From positions 766 to 64,765 of the forward strand of contig CBFGTN010000005.1 of NCBI GenBank assembly GCA_965652075.1: a DNA stretch of 64,000 bases, in the 5' to 3' direction. Under the pieces are notes generated by a model. That model made no database searches, was not told the DNA's origin, and was given only the letters and a program-made list of their open reading frames with translations. Source of the DNA: an uncultured bacterium (GTDB lineage Bacteria; Chloroflexota; Limnocylindria; QHBO01). Within the stretch, counting starts at the first letter, position 1, and the number at the start of each line of letters is the position of its first letter. Shown one piece after another: positions 44,208 through 53,756 of the stretch. Position numbers and translations under genes: made by a program.

Positions 44208-45098
44208 CGGCATCAGGCCGATGGTCGACGTGAAGCCGGGATACGACCCATTCGGCGCCTTGCCGGGGTTGCCGGCGAACGCGTACCAGTAGTCGTCGCC
44301 GAGCCACTGGCTCTCGACGCGGTGCACCCAGGCCTCGCGGTTCGGATAGGCCTGGTGCGCGACGCGGCGCAGCGAGGACTCGTCGTACCCGTTGCCCATC
44401 GTGAACAGCGTCCCGAAGGCGGTGGAGCGGTTCCGCAGCAGGAGGTCCACGAGCCGCTCGGAGCCCAGGTCCGTGGCGAAGTAGGTCCCGCCCAGGGCGA
44501 GGATCGGCGTGCTGTAGTTGCTGACGCGCGCCACGGCGACGTCCTTGCTCGGGGCCGGCCGCGCCTCGCCGGCGCCCGGCGTGTAGCACGCGTTCGAATA
44601 GACCATCACGAAGTTCGCCGCCGGCGTGATGGGTCCGGCAGGCCATCCGTTGCCGCTGATCCTGCCGGTCAGGTAGTCCTCGCCGTAGTAGCGCAGGACC
44701 GAGTCCGTGCAGCTGGAGTGGTCCCACGTCTTCGATGGGTTGCGCAGGCCCCAGCCGTTGACGCGATCGGTGGACTCGGTGCCGGAGTACGGGTTCGGGA
44801 ACCCATTGCCGTGTCCGAAGTAGACGATGATGTCGGCGCCCGCCGTCGCTGCCTTGGCCTGCTTCGGTGTCGCGCAGTAGCGCAGGTCGACGGTCGCGCC
44901 CGCGGCCTGCGCGGTCGACCGCAGCTCCCGAGCCCACGGGTAGTAATGCGAGTCGGTGATCGCCGTCGGCCCGACCAGGATCGCGACCTTCGGGGCGGCG
45001 GCGGCGACCGGCGACGGCCGCGCGCCGGGCAGGGCCCCGAGAACGAACGAGGCGGACAGTGCGATGGCGGCGGCGAGGGCACGGGCGCGGATGGGCAA
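43701..45098 (-). CDS. Secreted protein with an uncharacterised N-terminal domain (possible clan-CD His/Cys peptidase fold) and a C-terminal triple SLH-like anchor
   Basis: 465 aa. Signal peptide MPIRARALAAAIALSASFVLGALPG. Motifs ADIIVYFGHGNG and NFVMVYSNACYTPG each follow a hydrophobic strand, as in gingipain/caspase/legumain dyads. The CDS itself is confident. The function call is only about 0.4. Confidence 0.6.
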   Translation of the reverse strand: MPIRARALAAAIALSASFVLGALPGARPSPVAAAAPKVAILVGPTAITDSHYYPWARELRSTAQAAGATVDLRYCATPKQAKAATAGADIIVYFGHGNGFPNPYSGTESTDRVNGWGLRNPSKTWDHSSCTDSVLRYYGEDYLTGRISGNGWPAGPITPAANFVMVYSNACYTPGAGEARPAPSKDVAVARVSNYSTPILALGGTYFATDLGSERLVDLLLRNRSTAFGTLFTMGNGYDESSLRRVAHQAYPNREAWVHRVESQWLGDDYWYAFAGNPGKAPNGSYPGFTSTIGLMPFEDVEGTSWEPHVAWVYQHGVMVDGCTESRFCPKASITRGALAQALADGLGLPATTGDFYADDEGSPYEDGINRLAAAGFASGCGGGNYCPDSAVRRGALATALATALQLPPAEADHFSDDSGSPHEDSINRIAEAGISTSGCGGGKFCPTSLVRRGQAAVFLRKAFD

Positions 45099-45226
45099 TC
45101 TGGGCTCCTGGAACGGGTCGATCGGGTCAGGACCACCCTATCCGCGGCGGCTTCGAAACCCCATGGCGAGATGGTCCGCTCGGCCGCCCGCCCCATCGGG
45201 CCATGTCCCGCATGGCACCGTCACCC

Positions 45227-46084
45227 TCAGCCCTGGCTGAACTCCAGCACGATCAGGAGGCGCTCGGCCCTGCCGACGTCGAACGCGGGTCGCACGAAGG
45301 CCGTCTGGGTCAGCGCGTTGTCATCCTCGTCGACGGCCTGCACGGTGCCAATGAGCAGGCCCCCGGGATAGCTGCTGGCGGCGTCCTCGCCGAGCGTCAG
45401 CCCGGCGCTCACGATCGTGTCCCCGACCTCGAGCGCCTCGGTCACCGGCACGTTGCTCATCACGAGCTGGCCGCCGGCCTGGCCCCGGACCTCGCCGAGC
45501 GCGCGACTCGCCTGGTCGAGCGCGACGACGGCGGAGCGCGTGTCGACGATGAACCGAACGCGCGCCGTGTCGTCGGTGGCGCTCACGACCGTCCCGGCCA
45601 GCGCTCCGGCGCCATCCGCGTTCGCGACGACTGGCATCCCCACCCGTACGCCGTCAGCCGTCCCGGCGTCGATCCCCGCCTCCCACGTGAAGTTCGACGG
45701 GTCGCGGCTCGTGATCCGCACCGGCAGGAGCTCCATGTCGAGCGCCTGGGTGATGCCGAGGAGCTGCCGCAGCTCCTCGTTCTCCCGCGCGGCCTCGGTC
45801 AGCTCCGCGATCCGCTGCTCCGCGCCGGCGAGGGCCACGCGCAGATCGGCGTTCTCGCCGCGCAGGCGATCGATCTCGCCGATCGTCCCGAACAGACCGG
45901 CCACGCCGGCGCCGATGCCGGTCAGCGTCTGGCGCACCGGGTCGAGGGCCCGCGTCGCGACCCGCTGGAGCGTCTGCGCCGGCTCCGTCGAGCTGGCGAG
46001 GAGCATGAGCAGGCTGGCGATCGTGAACGCGGCGAACCAGAGTCCCGCGCGGCTGCGTCGGTGCGGGCTGGTGGACCCGTACAT
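45227..46084 (-). CDS. mreC: Rod shape-determining protein MreC
   Basis: 285 aa. N-terminal TM, a coiled coil (IDRLRGENADLRVALAGAEQRIAELTEAARENEELRQLL), then a beta-barrel region GIDAGTADGVRVGMPVV. Confidence 0.85.
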   Translation of the reverse strand: MYGSTSPHRRSRAGLWFAAFTIASLLMLLASSTEPAQTLQRVATRALDPVRQTLTGIGAGVAGLFGTIGEIDRLRGENADLRVALAGAEQRIAELTEAARENEELRQLLGITQALDMELLPVRITSRDPSNFTWEAGIDAGTADGVRVGMPVVANADGAGALAGTVVSATDDTARVRFIVDTRSAVVALDQASRALGEVRGQAGGQLVMSNVPVTEALEVGDTIVSAGLTLGEDAASSYPGGLLIGTVQAVDEDDNALTQTAFVRPAFDVGRAERLLIVLEFSQG

Positions 46085-46099
46085 CGCGCGATGCGGCGA

Positions 46100-47161
46100 T
46101 CAGCGCGGGGCGCGGGTGAACTGCTCGCTGACGAGCACGCGCTCGAGCGTGTCGAGGTCCTCGAGCACGCGCCCGGTGCCTCGCACGACGCAGGTCAGCG
46201 GGTCGTCGGCGATGTGGACCGGCATCTGGGTCGCCTCCGCCACGCGTCGGTCGAGCCCGGCCAGCAGCGCGCCACCCCCGGCCAGCACGATCCCCTGGTC
46301 CATGACGTCGGCAACGAGCTCCGGCGGCGTCTCCTCGATCGTCTCCTTGATCGCGTCGACGATCTGGGCGATCGAGGGCTCGAGCGCCTCGCGGATCTGG
46401 TCGCCGCCGACCTCGACGCTGCGCGGGAGCCCCGTCAGCAGGTCGCGCCCGCGGAAGGTCACCGTCCGCTCATCGGCCTTCTCCTCCGGGTAGGCCGATC
46501 CGAGCGCGATCTTGATCTCCTCCGCGGTTCGCTCTCCCATGAGCAGGTTGTACTCGCGCCTGGCGAAGCTGACGATGTCGCTGTCCATCTCGTCGCCGCC
46601 GATGCGGATCGAGCGCGAGACGACGATCCCGCCGAGGCTCACGACCGCGACCTCGGTCGTGCCGCCGCCGATGTCGACGATCAGGCTGCCGGACGGCTCG
46701 CTCACCGGCAGGCCCGCGCCGATTGCCGCCGCCATCGGCTCCTCGATCAGGCGCGCCCAGCGCGCGCCGGCGTTGATCGTCGCGTCACGCACCGCGCGCT
46801 TCTCGACCTCGGTCACGCCCGATGGGATGCCGACGAGGACGCGCGGGCGCGAGATCTGCGCGTATCGGTCATGGACCTTCTTGATGAAGTAGCGGAGCAT
46901 CTGCTCGGTCACGTCGAAGTCGCTGATGACGCCGTCGCGGAGCGGTCGCATGGCGATGATGCTGGCGGGCGTGCGCCCGACCATGCGCTTCGCCTCGGCG
47001 CCGATCGCGAGGACGTGCTTCGTCCTGGTGTCCATGGCGACCACCGACGGCTCGCTGATGACGATCCCGCGGTTGCGGACCGTGACGAGGGTGTTGGCCG
47101 TGCCGAGGTCGATGCCGACGTCGTGACTGAGGAGGCCGAGCAGGCCGTCGAAGAGTCCCAA
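46100..47161 (-). CDS. mreB: Rod shape-determining actin homologue MreB
   Basis: [13 protein letters not shown]...[14 protein letters not shown]...[14 protein letters not shown]...[11 protein letters not shown]. The only sensible start is TTG 47161 (LGLFDGLL...). The 88-aa upstream extension in the track is a shadow sequence. Confidence 0.9.
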   Translation of the reverse strand: MGLFDGLLGLLSHDVGIDLGTANTLVTVRNRGIVISEPSVVAMDTRTKHVLAIGAEAKRMVGRTPASIIAMRPLRDGVISDFDVTEQMLRYFIKKVHDRYAQISRPRVLVGIPSGVTEVEKRAVRDATINAGARWARLIEEPMAAAIGAGLPVSEPSGSLIVDIGGGTTEVAVVSLGGIVVSRSIRIGGDEMDSDIVSFARREYNLLMGERTAEEIKIALGSAYPEEKADERTVTFRGRDLLTGLPRSVEVGGDQIREALEPSIAQIVDAIKETIEETPPELVADVMDQGIVLAGGGALLAGLDRRVAEATQMPVHIADDPLTCVVRGTGRVLEDLDTLERVLVSEQFTRAPR

Positions 47162-47307
47162 GGTCCCTCTCGTGCTGTTCGCCGCCCGTGGCACGACGGG
47201 TGGGTCGCGTGGGTCGAGCAGATCCGGTGCGTGCGGGCACCTCGCGCCGCGCGGGTACCCTACCACGCTCCCTCGGGGCGGCCCCGCGGTACCTTCGTCC
47301 CTCGCAG

Positions 47308-47330
47308 GTTTGTGCTTCTCTTTCACAAAC
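47308..47330. promoter_or_regulatory. Candidate XylR operator (GTTTGTG-N9-CACAAAC) upstream of xylA
   Basis: Perfect 7-bp inverted repeat GTTTGTGcttctctttCACAAAC. It lies 61 nt upstream of the xylA GTG, inside the only AT-rich patch of the mreB/xylA intergenic region. A second copy lies at 54996-55018. Confidence 0.55.
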
Positions 47331-47390
47331 AGACGCCATCTGATACGGTCGTGGGGACAACCCCGATTGCCCAGCCTCAGGAGGAGCGCC

Positions 47391-48731
47391 GTGGCCACCT
47401 TCTTCGCCGACGTCCCCGAGCGCATCCGATACGCGGGGCTCGACTCGACCGACCCCTTGACCTACCGCGTCTACGAGCCGGATCGCGTCGTCCTCGGCCG
47501 GCGCATGGAGGACCACCTCCGCATCGCGGTCTGCCTGTGGCACTCGTTCAACTGGCCCGGATCCGACGTGTTCGGCGTTGGCACCTTCGACCGGCCGTGG
47601 CTGGTGCCGGGCGTCGACCCGCGGGAGGCGGCGAGCGCGAAGGTCGATGCCGCCTTCGAGTTCGTCTCGAAGCTCGGCGTGCCCTTCTTCACGTTCCACG
47701 ATCGGGACGTCGCGCCGGAGGGCCGCGACTTCGCCGAGACGGTCGCGACGCTCGACGCGGTCGTCGACGAGATCGCGGGGCACATGGAGCGCACCGGCAT
47801 CGGCCTGCTGTGGGGAACCGCCAACCTGTTCAGCCACCCGCGCTACGCCGCGGGCGCGGCGACGAATCCAGACCCCGAGGTCTTCGCCTACGCGGCCGCC
47901 CAGGTCAAGCACATGCTCGAGGCGACGCACCGGCTCGGCGGCTCCAACTACGTGCTGTGGGGTGGACGCGAGGGCTACGAGACGCTGCTGAACACCGACC
48001 TCGCCCGCGAGGAGGCACAGCTCGCGCGGTTCCTGACCCTCGTCGCCGAGCACAAGCAGCGCATCGGCTTCGGCGGAACGCTCCTCCTCGAGCCGAAGCC
48101 CCAGGAGCCGACGAAGCACCAGTACGACTACGACTCGGCGACGGTCGACAGCTTCCTCGTCCGTCACGACCTCGCCGGCGAGTACCGCGTCAACATCGAG
48201 GCCAACCACGCGACGCTCGCTGGCCACAGCTTCGCCCACGAGGTGGCGGTCGCGGTCAGCCGCGGCATCTTCGGCAGCATCGACATGAACCGCGGCGACC
48301 CGCAGAACGGGTGGGACACCGACCAGTTCCCGAACTCGGTCGACGACGTGGCGCTGGCGATGTACGAGATCCTGCGCGGCGGCGGCTTCACGACCGGCGG
48401 ATTCAACTTCGACGCCAAGCTGCGGCGCCAGAGCATGGACCGATCCGACCTCTTCCACGCGCACATCGGCGGCATCGACACGCTGGCGCGCTCGCTGCTC
48501 GTCGCCGCCGACCTGATCGAGGCCGGTGACCTCGCCACCGAGCACGAGCGCCGGTACGAGGGCTGGTCGAGCGGCCTTGGCGCCGAGATGCTCGGCGGCG
48601 GGCTGTCACTCGCCGACATCGAGGCTCGCGTCGCGGCGGGAGGCATCGATCCACGCCCGCGCTCCGGGGGGCAGGAGCGCCTCGAGAACATCGTCAACCA
48701 GCGCATCTGGTCCGTCGACCGGAGCCGCTGA
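47391..48731 (+). CDS. xylA: Xylose isomerase (class II length)
   Basis: GTG 47391 preceded by [20 protein letters not shown]...[28 protein letters not shown]...[17 protein letters not shown]...[14 protein letters not shown]...DANRGD-like block. Confidence 0.95.
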   Translation: MATFFADVPERIRYAGLDSTDPLTYRVYEPDRVVLGRRMEDHLRIAVCLWHSFNWPGSDVFGVGTFDRPWLVPGVDPREAASAKVDAAFEFVSKLGVPFFTFHDRDVAPEGRDFAETVATLDAVVDEIAGHMERTGIGLLWGTANLFSHPRYAAGAATNPDPEVFAYAAAQVKHMLEATHRLGGSNYVLWGGREGYETLLNTDLAREEAQLARFLTLVAEHKQRIGFGGTLLLEPKPQEPTKHQYDYDSATVDSFLVRHDLAGEYRVNIEANHATLAGHSFAHEVAVAVSRGIFGSIDMNRGDPQNGWDTDQFPNSVDDVALAMYEILRGGGFTTGGFNFDAKLRRQSMDRSDLFHAHIGGIDTLARSLLVAADLIEAGDLATEHERRYEGWSSGLGAEMLGGGLSLADIEARVAAGGIDPRPRSGGQERLENIVNQRIWSVDRSR

Positions 48732-48734
48732 GCG

Positions 48735-50225
48735 GTGGCGTCCCACGTCCTCGGGATCGACGTCTCCACGACCGCGACGAAGGCGATCCTGGTCGATGAG
48801 GCGGGTGCCGTCGTGGGCGTCGGCAGCGCCGAGTACGACTACGCCGTGCCGCGCCCGCTGTGGAGCGAGCAGGACCCCCAGCTGTGGTGGGACGCGGCGC
48901 CGGTGGCGATCCGAGGGGCGCTGGCGCAGGCTGGGGTCGCGGGGGCCGACGTCGCCGCCGTCGGGCTGGCCGGGCAGATGCACGGGGCCGTGCTCCTCGA
49001 CGCCGCGGACCGGCCGCTGCGCCCCGCGATCCTCTGGAACGACCAGCGCACCGCCACCGAGTGCGACGACATCCGCCGTCGGGTCGGCGCGGAACGCCTG
49101 ATCGAGGTCACCGGCAACGACGCGCTCACCGGCTTCACCGCCCCGAAGCTCCTCTGGGTGCGCAGCAACGAGCCGGACGTGTGGGCCCGAACCGCGCACG
49201 TCTGCCTGCCGAAGGACTTCGTGCGGCACCGGCTCACCGCCGAGCACGCGGTCGACCGCGCCGACGGAGCCGGCACGCTGCTCGTCGACCTTCGAGCCCG
49301 CGACTGGTCCGCGGAGGTCCTCTCGGCCCTGGACATCGACCCTGGGCTGCTGCCGCGGACCGTCGAGGGGACGGAGGTGACGGGAACCGTCGGTCCGTCG
49401 GCGGCGGCGGCGACCGGCCTCGCTGCCGGAACCCCGGTCGTCGGCGGCGGCGGCGACCAGGCCGCGAACGGCGTCGGCGTGGGCGCCGTGGAGCCGGGCG
49501 TCGTCGCGCTGTCGCTCGGCACGTCGGGTGTCGTCTTCGCCGCGACCGACCGGCCGCTCATCCAGCCGGAGGGCCGCGTCCATGCCTTCTGCCACGCCGT
49601 GCCGAACCGCTGGCACCTCATGTCGGTCATGCTCTCCGCCGCGGGCAGCCTGCGCTGGTTCCGCGACGCGCTGGCGCCGGGAGTGACCTACGAGGCGCTC
49701 GACACGGAGGCGGCGGCCGTCGCACCCGAGAGCGACGGGCTCGTCTTCCTTCCCTACCTGACCGGCGAGCGCAGCCCGCACCCCGACCCGAACGCGCGCG
49801 GGGCGTTCGTCGGGCTGACGATCGCGCACGACCGACGCCACCTCGCCCGCGCCGTTCTGGAGGGCGTGGCCTTCGGCCTCCGCGACGGCCTCGACCAGAT
49901 CGTCTCGACCGGGATGGCGGCACCGACCCGGATTCGGGCGTCCGGCGGCGGGATCGCGAGCCCGGTGTGGCGGCAGATCCTCGCCGACGTCCTCGACGCC
50001 GAGATCGCCACCGTCAGCACGACCGAGGGCGCGGCCTTCGGCGCCGCGATGCTCGCTGCCGTCGGCGCGGGCTGGTTCCCGACGGTCGAGGGAGCCGTCG
50101 AATGGGCGGTGCGGGTCAGCCCGGTCGCGGAGCCTGGACCGGACGCATCGGCCTACGCGGACGCGCTGGAACGGTACCGCGCGCTCTATCCGGCACTGCG
50201 TCCGATCTTCGACTCGACGGGGTGA
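48735..50225 (+). CDS. xylB: Xylulokinase (FGGY family)
   Basis: 496 aa. [17 protein letters not shown]...[12 protein letters not shown]...[10 protein letters not shown]...ILWNDQRT...[11 protein letters not shown]...[19 protein letters not shown]. Confidence 0.9.
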   Translation: MASHVLGIDVSTTATKAILVDEAGAVVGVGSAEYDYAVPRPLWSEQDPQLWWDAAPVAIRGALAQAGVAGADVAAVGLAGQMHGAVLLDAADRPLRPAILWNDQRTATECDDIRRRVGAERLIEVTGNDALTGFTAPKLLWVRSNEPDVWARTAHVCLPKDFVRHRLTAEHAVDRADGAGTLLVDLRARDWSAEVLSALDIDPGLLPRTVEGTEVTGTVGPSAAAATGLAAGTPVVGGGGDQAANGVGVGAVEPGVVALSLGTSGVVFAATDRPLIQPEGRVHAFCHAVPNRWHLMSVMLSAAGSLRWFRDALAPGVTYEALDTEAAAVAPESDGLVFLPYLTGERSPHPDPNARGAFVGLTIAHDRRHLARAVLEGVAFGLRDGLDQIVSTGMAAPTRIRASGGGIASPVWRQILADVLDAEIATVSTTEGAAFGAAMLAAVGAGWFPTVEGAVEWAVRVSPVAEPGPDASAYADALERYRALYPALRPIFDSTG

Positions 50226-50228
50226 GGC

Positions 50229-51047
50229 TCAGGCGCGCAGCTCCTCGAGCTCCTCGCGCGTCGCCTCGTCCGGCTTCTTGCCCAGGATGATCATCGCCAG
50301 CACCTCGTCGGGCGTGACGTGCTCGCGATCGACCGTGTCGACCAGGCGCCCGTGGTACATCACGCTGATCCGATCCGACAGGTCGAACACGTCGTGGATG
50401 TCGTGGCTGACGAGGAAGATGCCGATCCCCTCGCGCTTCAGCTGCCGGATGAGGTCGCGCACCTGGGCGGTCTCGGCGGGCCCCAGCGCCGCGGTCGGCT
50501 CGTCCATGATCATGATCCGCGCGTTGAAGTGCACCGCTCGGGCGATCGCGACCGCCTGACGCTGGCCGCCGGAGAGGTACCGCACCGGCGTCGTGAACCG
50601 CGTGAAGTTCGGGTTCAGCCGCTTCATGACCTTGCGCGTGGCGTCTTCCATGGCCCCGTCGTCCATGGTTCCCCACCACGTCACGACCTCGCGGCCGAGG
50701 AACACGTTGGCGGGGGCGTCGACGTTGTCGGCCAGCGCCAGGGTCTGGTAGATGCACTCGATGTTGTAGGCCTTCGCGTCGCGCGGATTCGTGATGCTGA
50801 CGGGCTTCCCCTCGATCAGGATCTCGCCCGAGTCGGCTCGATGCGCGCCGGACAGCGCGCGCATCAACGTGGACTTTCCGGCGCCGTTGCCGCCGACGAG
50901 GCCCATGACCTCGCCCTCGTGCAGGTCGACGGACACCTCCTGGACCGCGTGCACGCCGCCATAGGCGACGCTGATGTTCCGCATCTCGAGCAGTGGCGTG
51001 CCGTCGGCAGCCCGGGCGGGTGCCTCCGCCGGCGTCTCGACCGTCAT
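50229..51047 (-). CDS. xylG: Sugar ABC transporter ATP-binding protein (single NBD)
   Basis: Walker [10 protein letters not shown], signature LSGGQRQ, Walker [13 protein letters not shown]. The symbol is assigned by synteny with xylF/xylH only. Confidence 0.8.
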   Translation of the reverse strand: MTVETPAEAPARAADGTPLLEMRNISVAYGGVHAVQEVSVDLHEGEVMGLVGGNGAGKSTLMRALSGAHRADSGEILIEGKPVSITNPRDAKAYNIECIYQTLALADNVDAPANVFLGREVVTWWGTMDDGAMEDATRKVMKRLNPNFTRFTTPVRYLSGGQRQAVAIARAVHFNARIMIMDEPTAALGPAETAQVRDLIRQLKREGIGIFLVSHDIHDVFDLSDRISVMYHGRLVDTVDREHVTPDEVLAMIILGKKPDEATREELEELRA

Positions 51048-51056
51048 TCCGCCCTC

Positions 51057-52409
51057 CTAGCTGCCGCCACCGCGGCGGCGGTTGTAGGTGTCGAAGCCGA
51101 CGGCGAGGATGAGCACGATGCCGGCGACGACGTTCTGGGTCGGTGAGTTCACCCCGTTGAAGCTCATGCCGTAGGCCAGCGACTGCATGACGAACGCGCC
51201 GAGCACGGCACCCGGGATCGTCCCGATGCCCCCGGCGAACGAGGTGCCGCCCACGACGGCGGCGGCGATCACGTAGAGCTCGTCGCTCTGGCCCACCTCC
51301 AGGGTCGATCCGTTCAGCCGCGCCGCGCCGATCGCCGCGGAGATCGCGCACAGCAGCCCCATCAGGATGTACGTCCGCATGATCAGCCAGCGGGTGTTGA
51401 TGCCCGCGAGCTCGGCGGCGTCGGGGTTGCCGCCGTAGGCGTAGACGTACCGGCCGAAACGGCGTCGCGTGGCGATGAAGGTCATGACGATCGTGACGCC
51501 CAGCAGGATGAGGAGCGGCCACGCGAGCCCGGTCGGCACCTTCAGGCCGCCGGGTGGCTCGGTGATGCCGTGCTCGATGGCGTACTCGGTCGCCAGGCTG
51601 CGGGGCAGGAAGTTCGCGTTGATGAACGCAGCGATGCCCAGGACGACGGCCACGCCGACGACGGCCAGCAGGACCTCGGCCCACATCGGACGCAGGGGGA
51701 AGCCGAAGCGAATCCGTTGGCGGCGGTTGTAGATGATGAGACCGATGATCGCGACGGCGCCGATCACCGCGAGCAGCCAGGTGAGCTCCCCGCCGATCGT
51801 GCCGCCCTGCCCTGGCGCCCCGCCGAGCGTTCGGAAGCCGGTCTGGAGCCCCGAGACGGCGGCCCCGCTCGACAGGAGCCAGACCGACCCGCGCAGTGAC
51901 AGGAGCCCGCCCAGGGTCACGATGAAGGACGGCACCCCGATGTACGCGATGATGAAGCCCTGGAGGCCGCCGATGAAGGCGCCGAGCCCGAGGCCCAGGC
52001 CGAGGGTGACGACCCACAGGAACGGGTTGTCGACGCCGAGGCCGAGCGCGGGCAGCCACTCGGTCTGCAGCAGCGCGTACGACATCGCCACGAAGCCGAC
52101 GATGGAGCCGACGGACAGGTCGATGTTGCGCGACACGATGATCAGCACCATGCCGGTCGACATGATCGCGATGCCCGTCGCCTGGACGGCGAGGGTCACC
52201 ATGTTCTCCGGCCGCAGGAACGTGCCGCCGGACATGATGTGGAAGCCGACGAGGATGACCACCAGGGCGACGAGCATCCCGAAGATGCGCAGGTCGATCT
52301 CGGTGGCCGAGAACGCGCGGCGGACGCCCGACAGCGCTCCGCCCGCGCCCGATCCGAGCGGCTGCTCGGTCTGACCCGACGCGGGGGCCGTGCCGGCCAC
52401 GTTCGTCAC
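51057..52409 (-). CDS. xylH: Sugar ABC transporter permease (XylH/AraH family)
   Basis: 450 aa, polytopic. Blocks IDLSVGSIVGF and GGTSFAGGIGTIPGAVLGAFVM are typical of the monosaccharide (CUT2) permease family. Confidence 0.8.
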   Translation of the reverse strand: MTNVAGTAPASGQTEQPLGSGAGGALSGVRRAFSATEIDLRIFGMLVALVVILVGFHIMSGGTFLRPENMVTLAVQATGIAIMSTGMVLIIVSRNIDLSVGSIVGFVAMSYALLQTEWLPALGLGVDNPFLWVVTLGLGLGLGAFIGGLQGFIIAYIGVPSFIVTLGGLLSLRGSVWLLSSGAAVSGLQTGFRTLGGAPGQGGTIGGELTWLLAVIGAVAIIGLIIYNRRQRIRFGFPLRPMWAEVLLAVVGVAVVLGIAAFINANFLPRSLATEYAIEHGITEPPGGLKVPTGLAWPLLILLGVTIVMTFIATRRRFGRYVYAYGGNPDAAELAGINTRWLIMRTYILMGLLCAISAAIGAARLNGSTLEVGQSDELYVIAAAVVGGTSFAGGIGTIPGAVLGAFVMQSLAYGMSFNGVNSPTQNVVAGIVLILAVGFDTYNRRRGGGS

Positions 52410-52436
52410 GACGGCTCTCCTTCTCGGTAAGGAAAC

Positions 52437-52470
52437 GCCCTGCGCCCCCGGCGGACCGGAGGCGCAGGGC
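52437..52470 (-). promoter_or_regulatory. Intercistronic stem-loop between xylF and xylH
   Basis: Perfect 10-bp inverted repeat GCCCTGCGCC (52437-46) / GGCGCAGGGC (52461-70) with a 14-nt loop, in the 92-nt gap after the xylF stop. Confidence 0.5.
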
Positions 52471-52501
52471 AGTGCGACATCAGGACCTCAGTGAATGCGC
52501 C

Positions 52502-53668
52502 TCACACGCCGCAGTCTTCCGCACCCGGCATGTCGGCGGTGACGCCCTCGCAGATCTCTTCCTGCGTGGCGTACCAGCCGGCATCGAACACCAGGTCGAG
52601 CGTGTCGGCCGTCACCGGGGTCGGCTGGAGGATGAAGGACTTCACGGTGTTCTCGTCACCGCTGTCCGGCTCACCGTCCGGTCCCGGCGTCACGAAGTCG
52701 GCAGCCTGCAGTCCCGCCTCGGGCGCGACTGACTCGCTGACGAGGCCGTCCGGCAGCGTGATGTCGCCCATGGCCGTGCCGTCGCACAGCTGGAGCGCCG
52801 CGGCACCGGCGACCTTACCGAGCTCGTTGCTGTTCTTCCAGATGTCGATGTACTGGAGGCCCATCGCCACGTTCGTCAGGTTGGCGGGGTCGCCGTCCTG
52901 GCCGCTGACGGGCGGATACGGGTCGTAGTTCTTGGCCTGCAGGGCGGCGGCCACGCCGAGCGCCGTGCTGTCGTTCTCGGCCAGCACCGCGTCAATCTGG
53001 ACGCCATCGGCATTGGCCGCGTCGATGATGGCCTCCATGTTGTTCTGCGCGGTCTCGGTGTCCCATGCGTCGGTGAACTGATCGTCGACGATCGTGATCT
53101 CACCGGCGTCGATCTTGTCCTGGAGACCGGCCTCGTCCCAGCCGAGCGGCAGGAAGGTCGAGGCATTCGGGTCGCCCGGGTCGCCCTTGATCAGGACGTA
53201 GTTGCCCTCGGGCACGACCTCGAAGAGGCCAGCCGCCTCCTCACGCCCGACGCGGATGTTGTCGAACGTGATGTAGAGGACGTTCGGGTCCTCGATCAGG
53301 CGGTCATAGGCGATGACCGGGATGTCGGCCTCGGCAGCTGCCTCGAGGGCCGGGCCCACGACGCTGCTGTCCTGCGGCAGGAGAATCAGCACGTCGATGC
53401 CCTGGTTGATCATCGTCTCGACGTCCGTCAGCTGCTGCTGGGTGTCGAGGTCGGCATCGGCGTCGGTGTACGTCCCGCCACCGTCCTCGACCGTCTGCTG
53501 AATGTTCGGCTGGTCGGTGGCCGCCCATCGCGGCTGCTGGAAGTTGTTCCACGAGACGCCGACGCTGCAGTCGCTCTCGCCACCGCTGCCGCCGCCGGAG
53601 TCGCCCGTGCATCCGGCCAGCACCAGGGAGATGATCCCCAGGCTCGCCGCGATCCTCCGAATGGTCAT
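52502..53668 (-). CDS. xylF: D-xylose ABC transporter substrate-binding lipoprotein
   Basis: Start MTIRRIAASLGIISLVLAGC (lipobox) after GGAGGAG. As I recall E. coli XylF, this protein is collinear with it: PRW, MINQGIDVLILLP, AYDRLI, ITFDNIRVG, PEGNYVLIKGDPGDPNA, IDAVLAENDSTALG, SGQDGD. Confidence 0.85.
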   Translation of the reverse strand: MTIRRIAASLGIISLVLAGCTGDSGGGSGGESDCSVGVSWNNFQQPRWAATDQPNIQQTVEDGGGTYTDADADLDTQQQLTDVETMINQGIDVLILLPQDSSVVGPALEAAAEADIPVIAYDRLIEDPNVLYITFDNIRVGREEAAGLFEVVPEGNYVLIKGDPGDPNASTFLPLGWDEAGLQDKIDAGEITIVDDQFTDAWDTETAQNNMEAIIDAANADGVQIDAVLAENDSTALGVAAALQAKNYDPYPPVSGQDGDPANLTNVAMGLQYIDIWKNSNELGKVAGAAALQLCDGTAMGDITLPDGLVSESVAPEAGLQAADFVTPGPDGEPDSGDENTVKSFILQPTPVTADTLDLVFDAGWYATQEEICEGVTADMPGAEDCGV

Positions 53669-53756
53669 CAAGTGCTCCTCCACACGTTCCCACCCTAGAC
53701 GGTGAATCCGTTGCCCCGAGAAGGCTACTCCTCTGTCAAGCCCCTCCTCCTCACTG

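Noticed and set aside
45059-48529. 1156-aa plus-strand ORF spanning mreC, mreB and xylA.
   Set aside because: It is antisense to mreBC, which have unmistakable motifs, and out of frame with xylA. Its composition is dominated by R, G, A and P, and it has no recognisable domain.
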